Assembly: GCA_035644475.1 (NCBI GenBank)
Contig: DASQOL010000018.1
Span: 15,495-79,494 of the forward strand
Source: Gammaproteobacteria bacterium
Lineage (GTDB): Bacteria; Pseudomonadota; Gammaproteobacteria; Steroidobacterales; Rariloculaceae
Direction of reading: 5' to 3'
DNA: 64,000 nt
The position numbers and the translations under genes are program-made. Shown piece by piece: positions 33,422 through 43,373 of this stretch (position 1 is its first letter; every line of letters begins with the position of its first letter). A model generated the notes under the pieces. The model saw only the letters and a list, made by a program, of their open reading frames with translations, did not search any database and was not told where the DNA came from.

Positions 33422-33449
33422 CTTGCGGGCCCGGACGCGCGCGCTATCC

Positions 33450-35903
33450 CTATTCGTAGCGCAACGAGTGCAGGGGCTTCGCGCTCGCCGCGCGCAGTGC
33501 GATGCCCGCCACGGTGAGCCACGCGATCGCGAACGTCACGAGCGCGCCGCCGGCGAAGACCAGCGGGCTCAAGTCGATCCGGTAGGCGAAATCCGCGAGC
33601 CAGCGCCGCATCGCCAGGTACGCGATCGGCCACGCCACCACGTTCGACAGCAGCACGAGCCTGCTGAACTCTGACGTGAGCAACGTCACCACGTCGACCG
33701 CCGAGCCGCCGAGCGTCTTGCGAATGCCGATCTCCTTGGTGCGGCGTTCCGTGGTGAACGACGCGAGGCCGAAGAGTCCGAGGCAGGCGACGAAGATCGC
33801 AAGCGCCGCGAACACGCCGAAGATCTGCATCTGCCGCTCGTCGTTGGCGTACAGCGCGGCGAACTCGTCGTCGAGGAATGTGCGCGCCACCGGCAGGTCG
33901 GGCTGTATTTGCGACCACGTGGCGTCGATGAACGCGAGCGTCTCGCGCAAGCGTTTGCCCGTCACGCGAATCGACGCGTCGCGGAAATACACGATCGGCA
34001 GCCTCCAGGAGTCCGCCGCGGCGAAATACACGAGCGGCTTCTGCGGCTCGCGCAGCGTCTCGAAATACGTGTTCTTGACGACCCCGACGATCGGCCCGCG
34101 CACCGATGCCGAAAAGTTTCCGGAGAAGTCCGTCTCGAACCACTTGCCGATCGCCTCGTCCGGCGTGAAACCGAGCTCGCGGGCCGCGAGCTCGTTGAGC
34201 ACGTAGGCGCCCGGGGTGTTCGCCACGCCGTTTTGGTTCGGCAGCGTGAAGCCGTCGGTTCCGTAGTCACGCGAGAACGTGCGCCCGGCGAGCAACTCGA
34301 TGCCGTACGTTTCGAAGAAGCCGTAGTCGACCCCGGTGGCCAACATCTGTCGGCCCGCGGGGTCCGAGCCCTCGGCGCGAATCAGGCGAGTGCCCGCGCC
34401 GCCCGGACGCATGCCGCCCTGGATCACGGCAGTGATCTCGGGGTTCTCGAGCATGCGGTTGCGCGCAGCCTCGAAGCCCGGGCCTAACCCCACGGTCGGC
34501 GAGCCCGAGAGATGCACTACCTGCGCCGTGTCGAAGCCACGGTCCACGTCGCGCGCGAACCGCGTTTGCAGGTAGATCGTGACGGTCGCAATCAGCAGAA
34601 CGATGGACACCGCGAACTGGACGACCACGAGCGTGCCGCGCAGGCGCTGGCCGCCACGTCCGCGCGTCGCATCGCCTTTCAGCACCTTCACGGGCTCGAA
34701 GGCCGACAGATAGAACGCCGGGTAGCTGCCGGCGAGCAAACCAACGGCGAGCGCCAGCACGGCCAGCGTCGCGAGCGTACCCACATTGCCGTAGTCGAGC
34801 TCGATCGCCGTCCCGGCGAACGTGTTGAAGGGCGGCAGCAGCACCTCCACGAGCGCCACTGCGACGAGCGTCGCGAGCAACGCGTACAACACTGCTTCGC
34901 CCAAGAACTGCGCGACGAGCTGGCCGCGCACCGCGCCGATGACCTTGCGCACACCGATCTCGCGTGCGCGCTGCGCCGCGCGAGCAGTCGAGAGGTTCAT
35001 GAAGTTCACGCAGGCGATCAGCAAGATGCTGAGCGCGATCGCCGCGAACGCCGTGACGGTGGTCAAGCTACCCGGCGGCGTGAGCTCCTGCACGCGGCCG
35101 TGCAGGTGGATGTCGGCGAGCTTGGTCGCGATCATCGTCGCGGCAGAGTCACCCGGCCGGCGGTGGCTCGCCACGAATTGCGGGAACCTGCGCTCGAGCG
35201 ACTCGATGCGCGCGCCGGGCTTCAGCCTCACATAGGTGTGGTAGAACCAGAAGCTCCAATTGCCGTCGTAGTTCCAGCCGAGGACCTTGTCGCCGACGTC
35301 GAACGACGCGATCACCGTTGCGCTCAGATGGGTGTCGCGCGGTAGGTCGCGGATCACGCCGGTCACGGTGAGCGGCCATTGTCCTTCGAGGACCAACGTT
35401 TGGCCTACCGGGTTCTCCGCGCCGAAGTATTTCGCCGCCGCGCCTTGCGTCAATACGACCGTGGACGGCTCGGTGAGCGCCCGTTTCGGGTCGCCCGCCA
35501 CCCAGTCCAGCGCGAATATGTCGAAGAAGCTCGCGTCCGCCCAGCGAAAACCATCCTCGTAGAAGGTATCGGCGCCGTGTCGCAGCCGCACGCTCTGCCG
35601 CGCGATCCGCGCCACCTGATCCACGTCGGCGGCGAAGTCGAGCTCGAGCTGCGGACCGGCCGGATAGAAGTTCGGAGCGGCGTGCATGGCCGCGCCGCCG
35701 TTGCCGGTGGGAACCTCGGCGGAGATCCGATAGATCCTGTCCGCGCCGGGGAAATGCTCGTCGAACGACAGCTCGTAGTGCACGTACAACAGGATCAGGA
35801 TCGCGCACGCGAGGCCGACCGCGAGGCCCGCGATGTTGAGCGTGGAGTAGAGCTTCTGGGTGACGAGCCGGCGAAAGCCGACCGCGAGATAGCTGCCGAT
35901 CAT
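33450..35903 (-). CDS. Duplicated FtsX/MacB-type ABC permease, tandem paralog 4
   Basis: Start ATG 35903 (MIGSYLAVGFRRLVTQKLYSTLNIAGLAVGLA), by alignment with the sibling N-termini and with an SD (AGGGAG). 817 aa, ending ...HSLRYE. The listed ORF 33450..37487 is an artefactual upstream extension. Confidence 0.85.
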   Translation of the reverse strand: MIGSYLAVGFRRLVTQKLYSTLNIAGLAVGLACAILILLYVHYELSFDEHFPGADRIYRISAEVPTGNGGAAMHAAPNFYPAGPQLELDFAADVDQVARIARQSVRLRHGADTFYEDGFRWADASFFDIFALDWVAGDPKRALTEPSTVVLTQGAAAKYFGAENPVGQTLVLEGQWPLTVTGVIRDLPRDTHLSATVIASFDVGDKVLGWNYDGNWSFWFYHTYVRLKPGARIESLERRFPQFVASHRRPGDSAATMIATKLADIHLHGRVQELTPPGSLTTVTAFAAIALSILLIACVNFMNLSTARAAQRAREIGVRKVIGAVRGQLVAQFLGEAVLYALLATLVAVALVEVLLPPFNTFAGTAIELDYGNVGTLATLAVLALAVGLLAGSYPAFYLSAFEPVKVLKGDATRGRGGQRLRGTLVVVQFAVSIVLLIATVTIYLQTRFARDVDRGFDTAQVVHLSGSPTVGLGPGFEAARNRMLENPEITAVIQGGMRPGGAGTRLIRAEGSDPAGRQMLATGVDYGFFETYGIELLAGRTFSRDYGTDGFTLPNQNGVANTPGAYVLNELAARELGFTPDEAIGKWFETDFSGNFSASVRGPIVGVVKNTYFETLREPQKPLVYFAAADSWRLPIVYFRDASIRVTGKRLRETLAFIDATWSQIQPDLPVARTFLDDEFAALYANDERQMQIFGVFAALAIFVACLGLFGLASFTTERRTKEIGIRKTLGGSAVDVVTLLTSEFSRLVLLSNVVAWPIAYLAMRRWLADFAYRIDLSPLVFAGGALVTFAIAWLTVAGIALRAASAKPLHSLRYE

Positions 35904-35923
35904 TGGTTCGAGCTCCCTGTAAG

Positions 35924-38362
35924 TCATTCGTAGCGCAAGGCGCGAGCGGGTTTCGTGCTCGCGGCCCGCGCCGCGACGCCGCCCACCGTGATGCAGGCGA
36001 TCGCGAGCGCGGCGAGCGCGCTGCCGACGAAGATCCACGGGCTCATATCCGCGCGGTAGGCGAACGACGACAGCCAGCGCTGCATTGCGATGTACGCGAC
36101 CGGCCACGCGACGAGATTCGCCACGAGCACGAGCCGCCCGAACTCGCCGCAGAACATCAGCACGATGTCGCCCACACCGCCGCCGATCGTCTTGCGGATG
36201 CCGATCTCCTTGGTGCGCCGCTCGGTGGTGAAGGACGCGAGGCCGAAGAGGCCCAAGCACGCGATGCCGATCGCGAGCAAGGCGAAGAACGTGAACATCT
36301 CGCCCTGGCGCTGCTCCGTGGCGTACAGCGCCTCGAAGTCGGCGTCGAGAAAGTGCCGCGCGATCGGCCGGTCGGGCATGAATTTGGACCAGACGGCGTC
36401 GATGTCCGCGAGCGTCGCGGCAAGGTTGCGGCCCGTGACTTTGAGCGACGCCTGGTCCAAAGGCTGGAAGCCCAAGCCGTCGGGCACGAGCATGTAGACC
36501 GTCGGCTCGATCGCGCTCCGGATGGACTCGAAGTGGACGTCTTTCACGACCCCGACGATCGGTGCGCGAACGGCGGGGCTGTCCGGCCCAAGATACGAGA
36601 CGCTGAGCCACTTGCTCGTCGCCTCCTCCGGCGTCCAGCCGTAGCGACGGGCGAGGCTCTCGCCGATCACGTAGCTGCCGGGGCGCGCGCCCCCCGGCGC
36701 CGTCGCGAGCGCCGGCCTGTCGGCGGCGCGTTGCTCGTCGAAAACGCGGCCGGCGACGGCTTCGATGCCGTAGAGCTCGAAGAAACCGAAGTCCACAGCG
36801 AGATCCGTGATGCCGCTGCCCGCACCCTCGTGGCCTTCGGCGACGACGTAGGCCGCATTCGTGTTCTCCATGCCGGGCACGAGATTCGAGGCCGTTACGG
36901 CCGCGACCTCGGAATTCGCGAGCCACTCCTGCTTCATCGCTTCCCATTGCGTGCCGAGGCCGCCGGTCCAGGACCCCGTGACCACGACGATTCGCTCCTT
37001 GTCGTAGCCGAGATCGATGTCGCGCGCGAACCGGGTTTGCTCGAAAACAACCCCGGTCGCGATCAAGAGCGCGATCGAGATCGCGAATTGCAGCACCACG
37101 AGCCCGCGGCGGAACGCCGCCGCGCCGCCGCCGCGGGTCGCATCGCCCTTGAGCACGCGGCCGGGCTCGAACGCGGCGAGGTAGAACGCCGGATAGCTGC
37201 CCGCGAGAAGCCCGGTAACGAAGGTGAGAGCGACCAGCCCCACGATCGCGCCCGGGCTGTCGAGATAGTGAAACGCGATGTTCGTTCCCAGGAACGCGTT
37301 GAACGCCGGCAGCGCGACCTCGACGATCGCCATCGCGAGCAGCAGCGCGACGCCGGCGATGAGCACCGACTCCGCGAGGAACTGCACCACGATCTGCCTG
37401 CGGTCGGCGCCGACGACCTTGCGTACGCCGATTTCCTTCGCGCGCTGCGTCGCGCGCGCGGTAGCGAGGTTCATGAAGTTGATGCAAGCGAGCAGCAGGA
37501 TGAACACGGCCACCGCGGCGAACGTGCGGACCGTGCTCGCGCTGCCCGGCACGCTCATCTCGTTCTCCTTGTGCGATTTCAGGTGGATGTCGGCGACCTT
37601 GAAAATGTCGAGCCGCGTGTAGCGGCTCGAGTCCTTCTCGAAACGGCGCTCGAAGAAGTCGTCCGAGCCCTTCCGGATCTCGTCAGGGTTCGCACCGGGG
37701 CGCAGCAAAGCGTACGTGTAAAACGCGTTCGCGCCCCAATTCGGCGCGGGCGGCGGCATCTGCATGAGCAGCGAGAACTTGAGATGCGTGTCGTCCTTGA
37801 GGTCCTCGATGACGCCTGTGACGTCCAACGGCGTCGTGCCGTCGAGCAGCATCGTCTGCCCGACGGGGTCGGCGTCGCCGAAGTACTTCCGGGCGATGCT
37901 CCGAGTCAGCACGACCGTATTCGGCTTCGCGAGCGCGGACTTCGGGTCGCCACGCAGCCAACGGAAGTCGAAGACCTCGAGAATCTCCTTGTCGGCCGAC
38001 GCGGCGTCGCCCTCGAGGTACAGCGAGCCGTCCGGCGCACGGAACGTCGCGCCGTCGCAGCATCGAATCCGTGCGATCGTTTCGATGATCGGGAAATCCT
38101 CCTTGAGCACGTCGGCAGCCGGCGCCGCGAGCGACGCGAGATAGGCCGCTTTGCTAATCTCGGTCGGCAAGAAGTCGCGCGAGATTCGGACGATCCGATC
38201 GGCGTTCGTCCAGCCCCGGTCGTAGACGAGCTCGTGGCGCACGAACAGCGAGATCAGGACGAAGCACGCGAGGCCGACCGAGAGCCCCACGACGTTGATC
38301 AGCGTGTAGAGCTTCTGCTTGACCAGATGCTGGAATGCGACGAGCACATAGTTCTTCAGCAC
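35924..38362 (-). CDS. Duplicated FtsX/MacB-type ABC permease, tandem paralog 3
   Basis: 812 aa. (GTG)MLKNYVLVAFQHLVKQKLYTLINVVGLSVGLA ... ARALRYE. SD GAGGAG lies 9 nt upstream. Confidence 0.85.
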   Translation of the reverse strand: MLKNYVLVAFQHLVKQKLYTLINVVGLSVGLACFVLISLFVRHELVYDRGWTNADRIVRISRDFLPTEISKAAYLASLAAPAADVLKEDFPIIETIARIRCCDGATFRAPDGSLYLEGDAASADKEILEVFDFRWLRGDPKSALAKPNTVVLTRSIARKYFGDADPVGQTMLLDGTTPLDVTGVIEDLKDDTHLKFSLLMQMPPPAPNWGANAFYTYALLRPGANPDEIRKGSDDFFERRFEKDSSRYTRLDIFKVADIHLKSHKENEMSVPGSASTVRTFAAVAVFILLLACINFMNLATARATQRAKEIGVRKVVGADRRQIVVQFLAESVLIAGVALLLAMAIVEVALPAFNAFLGTNIAFHYLDSPGAIVGLVALTFVTGLLAGSYPAFYLAAFEPGRVLKGDATRGGGAAAFRRGLVVLQFAISIALLIATGVVFEQTRFARDIDLGYDKERIVVVTGSWTGGLGTQWEAMKQEWLANSEVAAVTASNLVPGMENTNAAYVVAEGHEGAGSGITDLAVDFGFFELYGIEAVAGRVFDEQRAADRPALATAPGGARPGSYVIGESLARRYGWTPEEATSKWLSVSYLGPDSPAVRAPIVGVVKDVHFESIRSAIEPTVYMLVPDGLGFQPLDQASLKVTGRNLAATLADIDAVWSKFMPDRPIARHFLDADFEALYATEQRQGEMFTFFALLAIGIACLGLFGLASFTTERRTKEIGIRKTIGGGVGDIVLMFCGEFGRLVLVANLVAWPVAYIAMQRWLSSFAYRADMSPWIFVGSALAALAIACITVGGVAARAASTKPARALRYE

Positions 38363-38492
38363 GACTCGAGACTCCTCGACGCGCGACGACGACGCGTCCC
38401 ATCACAATCCCTCCGCGGAGGGATTTCGCACCGAGTCGGTGCAGAAGCTTCCGCGGAAACACGGACCCCGTCTTCTTCGTTCGCCGGCATGG

Positions 38493-40928
38493 TCACTCGT
38501 ACCGCAACGATTGAATCGGCTTCGCCGCGGCCGCGCGGGCCGCGACGACGCCCACCGTGAGCCACGCAACCGCGAGCACGAGCAGCCCGCCGCCGACGAA
38601 CAGCGGCGCGCCGAGATCGATGCGATACGCGAACTGGTCGAGCCAGCGGCGCATCACGAGATACGCGACCGGCCAGGCGACGGCGTTCGCAAGCACCGCC
38701 AGACGGCTAAGCTCGCCGGTGAACAAGCGCACGATGTCCACGACCGACCCGCCCATGACCTTGCGGATCCCAATTTCCTTGGTGCGCTGCTCGGTGGTCA
38801 GAGCCGCGAGCCCGAACAGGCCGAGGCTCGCCACGAGAATCGCTAGAGACGAGCAAACGCCCAGCATCTGCGCCTGCTTGCGCTCGCCGCGATAGAACCT
38901 ATCGAAGTCGTCGTCCAGGAATCGACGGGCGATCGGCCGCTCCGGCACGGCGCGCGCCCACACGGCGTCGATGCGCGCGAGCGTGCCCGCGACATCGCCG
39001 CCGGTGAGCTTGATCGATGCCGTGTTGAAATACGTCTGCGGCAATATCAACATCATCGGCCCCACCGGATCGCGTAGCGGCGCGAAGTGAACGTCGTCGA
39101 TCACCCCGACGATGCGACGCGCGGCTTGGTCGGCGGACGGACCCATCGCCGGCGCCGTGAGATCCGCTCCCCAAAATGCTTTGCCGACGGCCTCGTCCGG
39201 CGTCCACCCGAGGGCTCGCGCCGTGGCCACGTTCACGATCGCCCCCCGCGTAGCGCGGAGGTCCCTCGGGCCGGCGGCATCGAGCGAATCGGCGCCGAAG
39301 TCGCTCGAGAAGCCTCGCCCCGCCAACACCTCGATGCCGTAGGTCGACAGGAAGTCGGAGTCGACCGCGACGATGCTAGTGTTCACGGGCAGGGCCTCTG
39401 GGTCGCCGCCCTCGCCGTGGATCAAGTCCCTCATGGGATCGCCGCCGGGCGCGGCGCTCGATCCGCTGACGGCCGCGACGCCGGACTCCGCGAGCCACTC
39501 CCGCTTCAGGACCTCCCACCGCTGCGCGAGCAGGCCGGCGCGGCCGTCGCTCACGACGACGATCTGCGTCTTGTCGAATCCGACGTCGAACGTCCGCATG
39601 AACATGACCTGGCGATAAACCACCGCGGTCGCGATCGTGAGCGCTATCGAGATTGCAAACTGCGCGCCGACCAGCACGCGGCGCACCGTCGCAGCACCGC
39701 GACCGCGAGTGAGATCGCCCTTCAGCACCTTTGCGGGCTCGAACGCCGCCACGTAGAACGCGGGGAACATGCCGGCCGCGAGGCCGACGAGCACGGTAAC
39801 CGCGGCCAGAGCGCCGAGCACCACGGGGTCGCGACGGTAGTCGAGCTCGAGGTCCATTTCGAGAAACGCCCCTACGAGAGGCAGCAGCAGCTCGACGGCC
39901 GCGAGCGCGAGCAGAGCGGCCGCGGCGGTGAGCAGCAGCGACTCGCCCAAGAACTGCACGACGAGCCGCGGGCGCCCGACGCCGAGCGTCTTGCGCACGC
40001 CGACCTCCTTCGCACGCCGGCGCGCCGAGGCGGTCGCGAGATTCACGAAATTGATGCAGGCAATCGCTAGGATCAGCGCTGCGATGACGCCGCTCGCGTA
40101 CACCGTTACGGCGCTGCCCTTCGGCCGCATGTCGTCGTAGCGAGACTCGGCGAGGTGGACCGCCATCAGCGGCTCCGGCACGAAGTCTTGGACCGCGCCG
40201 AGCCCGTCCGGCATGTGATGCACGAGGAAGTCGTGCGCCCCGGCTTGCAAGCGCCGGACGCTCGCGCCGGGGCGCATCAGCACGTACGTGTGAACGACCC
40301 CGTTGTTCCCGTCGAGCACCCGCAGCGGCACGAGCATGTCGAAGCGCAGATGCGTGTTGTCCGGGAGGTCACGGATCACGCCGGTGACGGTGAATGACTG
40401 CGCGAGCTCGTTCGACTCGAGAGTACGCCCGAGCGCCGCGGTCTCGCCGAAGTAGCGGCGCGCCGTGCTCGCAGCCAGCACGATCGAGTGCGGATCCCGC
40501 AGCGCCGTGGCGGGACTGCCTTCGAGCCAATCGAACTCGAAAACATCGAGGAACGCGTCGTCTATCGCGGCGAGCCACCCCCCGACTTGCATTTGCCCGT
40601 CGATCGTCACGAGCGCGTTGCTCGAGAGGGACTGCAGACGCGCCGCCGTTTCGACCTCCGCGAACTCGGCCGGCAGCAGCGGGACGACGTCCACCGGCAT
40701 CGTGGCGACGGGCAGCGCCTCGCCGTTCGGCAACTTGAAGGACCTCGCCAACCGGTATGTGCGGTCCGCCTTCACGAAAAAACGGTCGTAGCTGAGCTCG
40801 TGCCGCACGTACAACCCGAGCAGCATCGCGGCCGCGAGGCCGACGGCGAGGCCGAGCACGTTGATCGTGGAATATAGCCTTTGCGCTACCAGGTGGCGCA
40901 GTGCAATTGCTAGATGGCTTCGGAACAT
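38493..40928 (-). CDS. Duplicated FtsX/MacB-type ABC permease, tandem paralog 2
   Basis: 811 aa. MFRSHLAIALRHLVAQRLYSTINVLGLAVGLA ... IQSLRYE. Confidence 0.85.
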   Translation of the reverse strand: MFRSHLAIALRHLVAQRLYSTINVLGLAVGLAAAMLLGLYVRHELSYDRFFVKADRTYRLARSFKLPNGEALPVATMPVDVVPLLPAEFAEVETAARLQSLSSNALVTIDGQMQVGGWLAAIDDAFLDVFEFDWLEGSPATALRDPHSIVLAASTARRYFGETAALGRTLESNELAQSFTVTGVIRDLPDNTHLRFDMLVPLRVLDGNNGVVHTYVLMRPGASVRRLQAGAHDFLVHHMPDGLGAVQDFVPEPLMAVHLAESRYDDMRPKGSAVTVYASGVIAALILAIACINFVNLATASARRRAKEVGVRKTLGVGRPRLVVQFLGESLLLTAAAALLALAAVELLLPLVGAFLEMDLELDYRRDPVVLGALAAVTVLVGLAAGMFPAFYVAAFEPAKVLKGDLTRGRGAATVRRVLVGAQFAISIALTIATAVVYRQVMFMRTFDVGFDKTQIVVVSDGRAGLLAQRWEVLKREWLAESGVAAVSGSSAAPGGDPMRDLIHGEGGDPEALPVNTSIVAVDSDFLSTYGIEVLAGRGFSSDFGADSLDAAGPRDLRATRGAIVNVATARALGWTPDEAVGKAFWGADLTAPAMGPSADQAARRIVGVIDDVHFAPLRDPVGPMMLILPQTYFNTASIKLTGGDVAGTLARIDAVWARAVPERPIARRFLDDDFDRFYRGERKQAQMLGVCSSLAILVASLGLFGLAALTTEQRTKEIGIRKVMGGSVVDIVRLFTGELSRLAVLANAVAWPVAYLVMRRWLDQFAYRIDLGAPLFVGGGLLVLAVAWLTVGVVAARAAAAKPIQSLRYE

Positions 40929-40937
40929 CGCCGCCGT

Positions 40938-43373
40938 CTACTCGAAACGCAACGATTGGATGGGCTTCGCAGCCGCCGCGCGCGCCGCGACTGCACCGAC
41001 CGTCGCGAACGCAACCGCGAGCGCTACCGCCGCGCCGCCGACAAACGCGAGCGGGCTCATCTCGACGCGATACACGAAGCCCGCCAGCCAGCGCTGCATC
41101 AAGAAGTAGGCCACAGGCCACGCTACGACGTTCGCGAGCAGCACGAGCTTGCCGAAGTCCGCCGTGAACAAGCTCACGACGTCCCAGACGGTACCGCCGA
41201 GCGTTTTGCGGATGCCGATCTCCTTGACGCGGCGCTCGGTCGAGAACCACGCAAGGCCGAGCAAGCCCAAGCACGCGATCGCGATCGCGAGCCCAGAGAA
41301 GAACGTCAGCAGCTGCGCCTGCCGCTCCTCGGACCGATACAGCGCGTCGAAGTCGTCGTCGAGGAAGCGCCGCACGACCGGCCGGTCGGGAACGTGCTCG
41401 CGCCAGATCGCGTCGATGCGCGCGAGCGTCGCGGTTAAATCCTCACCCGTGACGCGCACGGATATCGTGTCGACGAAGCCGTAGAGCTGGCTCGCGGGGT
41501 CGCCGCCGAAAATGTAGATCATCGGCCGCACCGGCAGCGCGACCGACTCGAAGTAGGTGTCGCGCACCACGCCGAGCACGCGGGCCGGCGCCCAGCCGGC
41601 GAACAGGCCCACGTCCACCGGCTGCTCGGCCGCCTCGGCCGGCGACCAGCCGAGCATCCGCGCGGCCGACTCGTTGAGCACGACGGCCGGCGCAGCCGTC
41701 GGCGGCGTCGCGAGAAACGCGCCGGGGGCGACCTCCTGCGAGAACACTCGGCCGCCGAGCGTCTCGATTCGATACGTCTCGAAGAAGCCGTAGTCGACAG
41801 CCATGAACTGGATGCGGCTGAACGCCTCGGCACCCTGGTGGCGAACTTGGACCCGGTTGTCGTCCCAAGTAAACGGCGTGTAGTGCGACGCGGTGACACC
41901 GACGATGCCCGGCGTGCGCGCGAGCTCGTTCCGCAGCGCTTCCCAGTCGACGCCGCGAAGACCGGTTTGCGGCGGCGACTCGAGCACCACGATCTCGTTT
42001 CTGTCGAAGCCCAGATCGAGGCTTCGTGCGAAGCGGTCCTGCTGATAGATCACCGCCGTGCCGATCAGGAGCGCGATCGCGATGGCGAACTGCACCACCA
42101 CCAGCACGTTGCGGAACGCCGCGCCGGCGCGGCCGCGCGACACTTCGCCCTTGAGCACGCGCGCCGGCTCGAACGACGACAAGAAAAAAGCCGGATAGCT
42201 GCCCGCGAGCACGCCGACGGCAAGCGCGAGCAGGGCCAACTGCAATGCAAAGCCGCGCGGCCCGAAATACTCGAGCGTGAGATCGACGCCCAAGAACGTG
42301 TCGAACACCGGCAGCGCAATCTCCACGAGCACCGTGGCCGCGAGCGTCGCGAGCGCCGCCATGCCGATCGACTCGCCGAGGAACTGCCCGATCAGCTGGA
42401 GCCGCACCGCGCCGAGCGACTTGCGCACCCCCACTTCTCGCGCACGCTTCGCCGAGCGCGCGGTGGACAGGTTCATGAAGTTGATGCACGCGATCAGCAG
42501 AATCAGCGCGGCTACGGCTGCGAAGCTTGAGACGGACGCGTAGCTCGACGTCGCCTTCCATTCCTCGTCGCGAGTCGAGCGCATGTGGATGTCGCGCACG
42601 TTCATGATCGTCATGCCAGACGCAGCGCTCGCGTCCGGCGCGATCCGCCGGCTCATGAACTCCGGAATCCGCGCCTCGATCGCGCCGACGTCGGCGCCCG
42701 CGGGCATCAGGAAGTAGGTGTGGAAATCCGTATTGTTGTTCCACTGACTGAGCGCCGCGTCGGGCAGCGCCTTCATCGACCCGAGCGCGTCGAAGCTCAG
42801 ATGCGTGTTCGGCGGCAGGTCGCGGATCACGCCGGTGACCGTAACGACCGTGCGGCTGTCGATCTGCATCGTCTGGCCTAGCGCGGGCGTGGCGCCGAAG
42901 TACTTCTTCGCAAGCGACTCGGTGAGCACGATCGACGCGGGATCGGTAAGCGCGCGCTTCGGGTCGCCGGCGAGCCAGCCGAAGTCGAAGATGTCGAACA
43001 GCGAGTTGTCCGCCCAACGAAACCCGCTCTCGTAGAACGCGCGGTCGTCGTGGGTGAGCAGGGAGAAGCCGCCGAACACCCTCGCCGCGGTCTCGATCTC
43101 GGGAAAATCCTCGACCAGCGCGGGGGCGACAGGCGCATTATTCGAGGCGGGCACGCGGTTCGGTGCGCCCTCGCGCGCATAGTAGTCGCGCGAGATCCGA
43201 TAGATCCGGTCCGCCTTCGCCCAGAACGAGTCGTAACCGAGCTCGTGGCGCACGAACAGGGCGATCAGCACGACACTCGCGAGGCCGATCGCGAGACCGG
43301 CCACGTTGATCAGCGAATAGACCTTGTTCGTCGCCAGCTGGCGCAGCGCGACCGACAGATAGCTCTTAAGCAT
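40938..43373 (-). CDS. Duplicated FtsX/MacB-type ABC permease, tandem paralog 1
   Basis: 811 aa. MLKSYLSVALRQLATNKVYSLINVAGLAIGLA ... IQSLRFE. The start overlaps the ATPase stop by 8 nt (ATGCTTAA). Confidence 0.85.
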   Translation of the reverse strand: MLKSYLSVALRQLATNKVYSLINVAGLAIGLASVVLIALFVRHELGYDSFWAKADRIYRISRDYYAREGAPNRVPASNNAPVAPALVEDFPEIETAARVFGGFSLLTHDDRAFYESGFRWADNSLFDIFDFGWLAGDPKRALTDPASIVLTESLAKKYFGATPALGQTMQIDSRTVVTVTGVIRDLPPNTHLSFDALGSMKALPDAALSQWNNNTDFHTYFLMPAGADVGAIEARIPEFMSRRIAPDASAASGMTIMNVRDIHMRSTRDEEWKATSSYASVSSFAAVAALILLIACINFMNLSTARSAKRAREVGVRKSLGAVRLQLIGQFLGESIGMAALATLAATVLVEIALPVFDTFLGVDLTLEYFGPRGFALQLALLALAVGVLAGSYPAFFLSSFEPARVLKGEVSRGRAGAAFRNVLVVVQFAIAIALLIGTAVIYQQDRFARSLDLGFDRNEIVVLESPPQTGLRGVDWEALRNELARTPGIVGVTASHYTPFTWDDNRVQVRHQGAEAFSRIQFMAVDYGFFETYRIETLGGRVFSQEVAPGAFLATPPTAAPAVVLNESAARMLGWSPAEAAEQPVDVGLFAGWAPARVLGVVRDTYFESVALPVRPMIYIFGGDPASQLYGFVDTISVRVTGEDLTATLARIDAIWREHVPDRPVVRRFLDDDFDALYRSEERQAQLLTFFSGLAIAIACLGLLGLAWFSTERRVKEIGIRKTLGGTVWDVVSLFTADFGKLVLLANVVAWPVAYFLMQRWLAGFVYRVEMSPLAFVGGAAVALAVAFATVGAVAARAAAAKPIQSLRFE

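Noticed and set aside
33450-37487. Listed 1345-aa ORF suggesting a giant fused permease
   Set aside because: Only the C-terminal 817 aa (from ATG 35903, MIGSYLAVGF...) align with the sibling permeases. The upstream 528 aa are Arg/Gly-rich nonsense that overlaps the genuine 35924..38362 gene in another frame. The stop of that gene and an SD lie just before ATG 35903.
35903-38560. Long plus-strand ORF (885 aa) and similar antisense ORFs (e.g. 686..1972, 6208..7524, 9093..9950, 16119..17408, 24218..25474, 26405..28078, 39087..40070, 44296..45369, 57527..59635, 59723..61330)
   Set aside because: They all lie opposite or out of frame to genes with clear family signatures. Their translations are dominated by Arg/Ala/Gly/Glu/His runs with no recognisable motifs. 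This is the classic stop-codon-poor antisense artefact of ~70% GC DNA.
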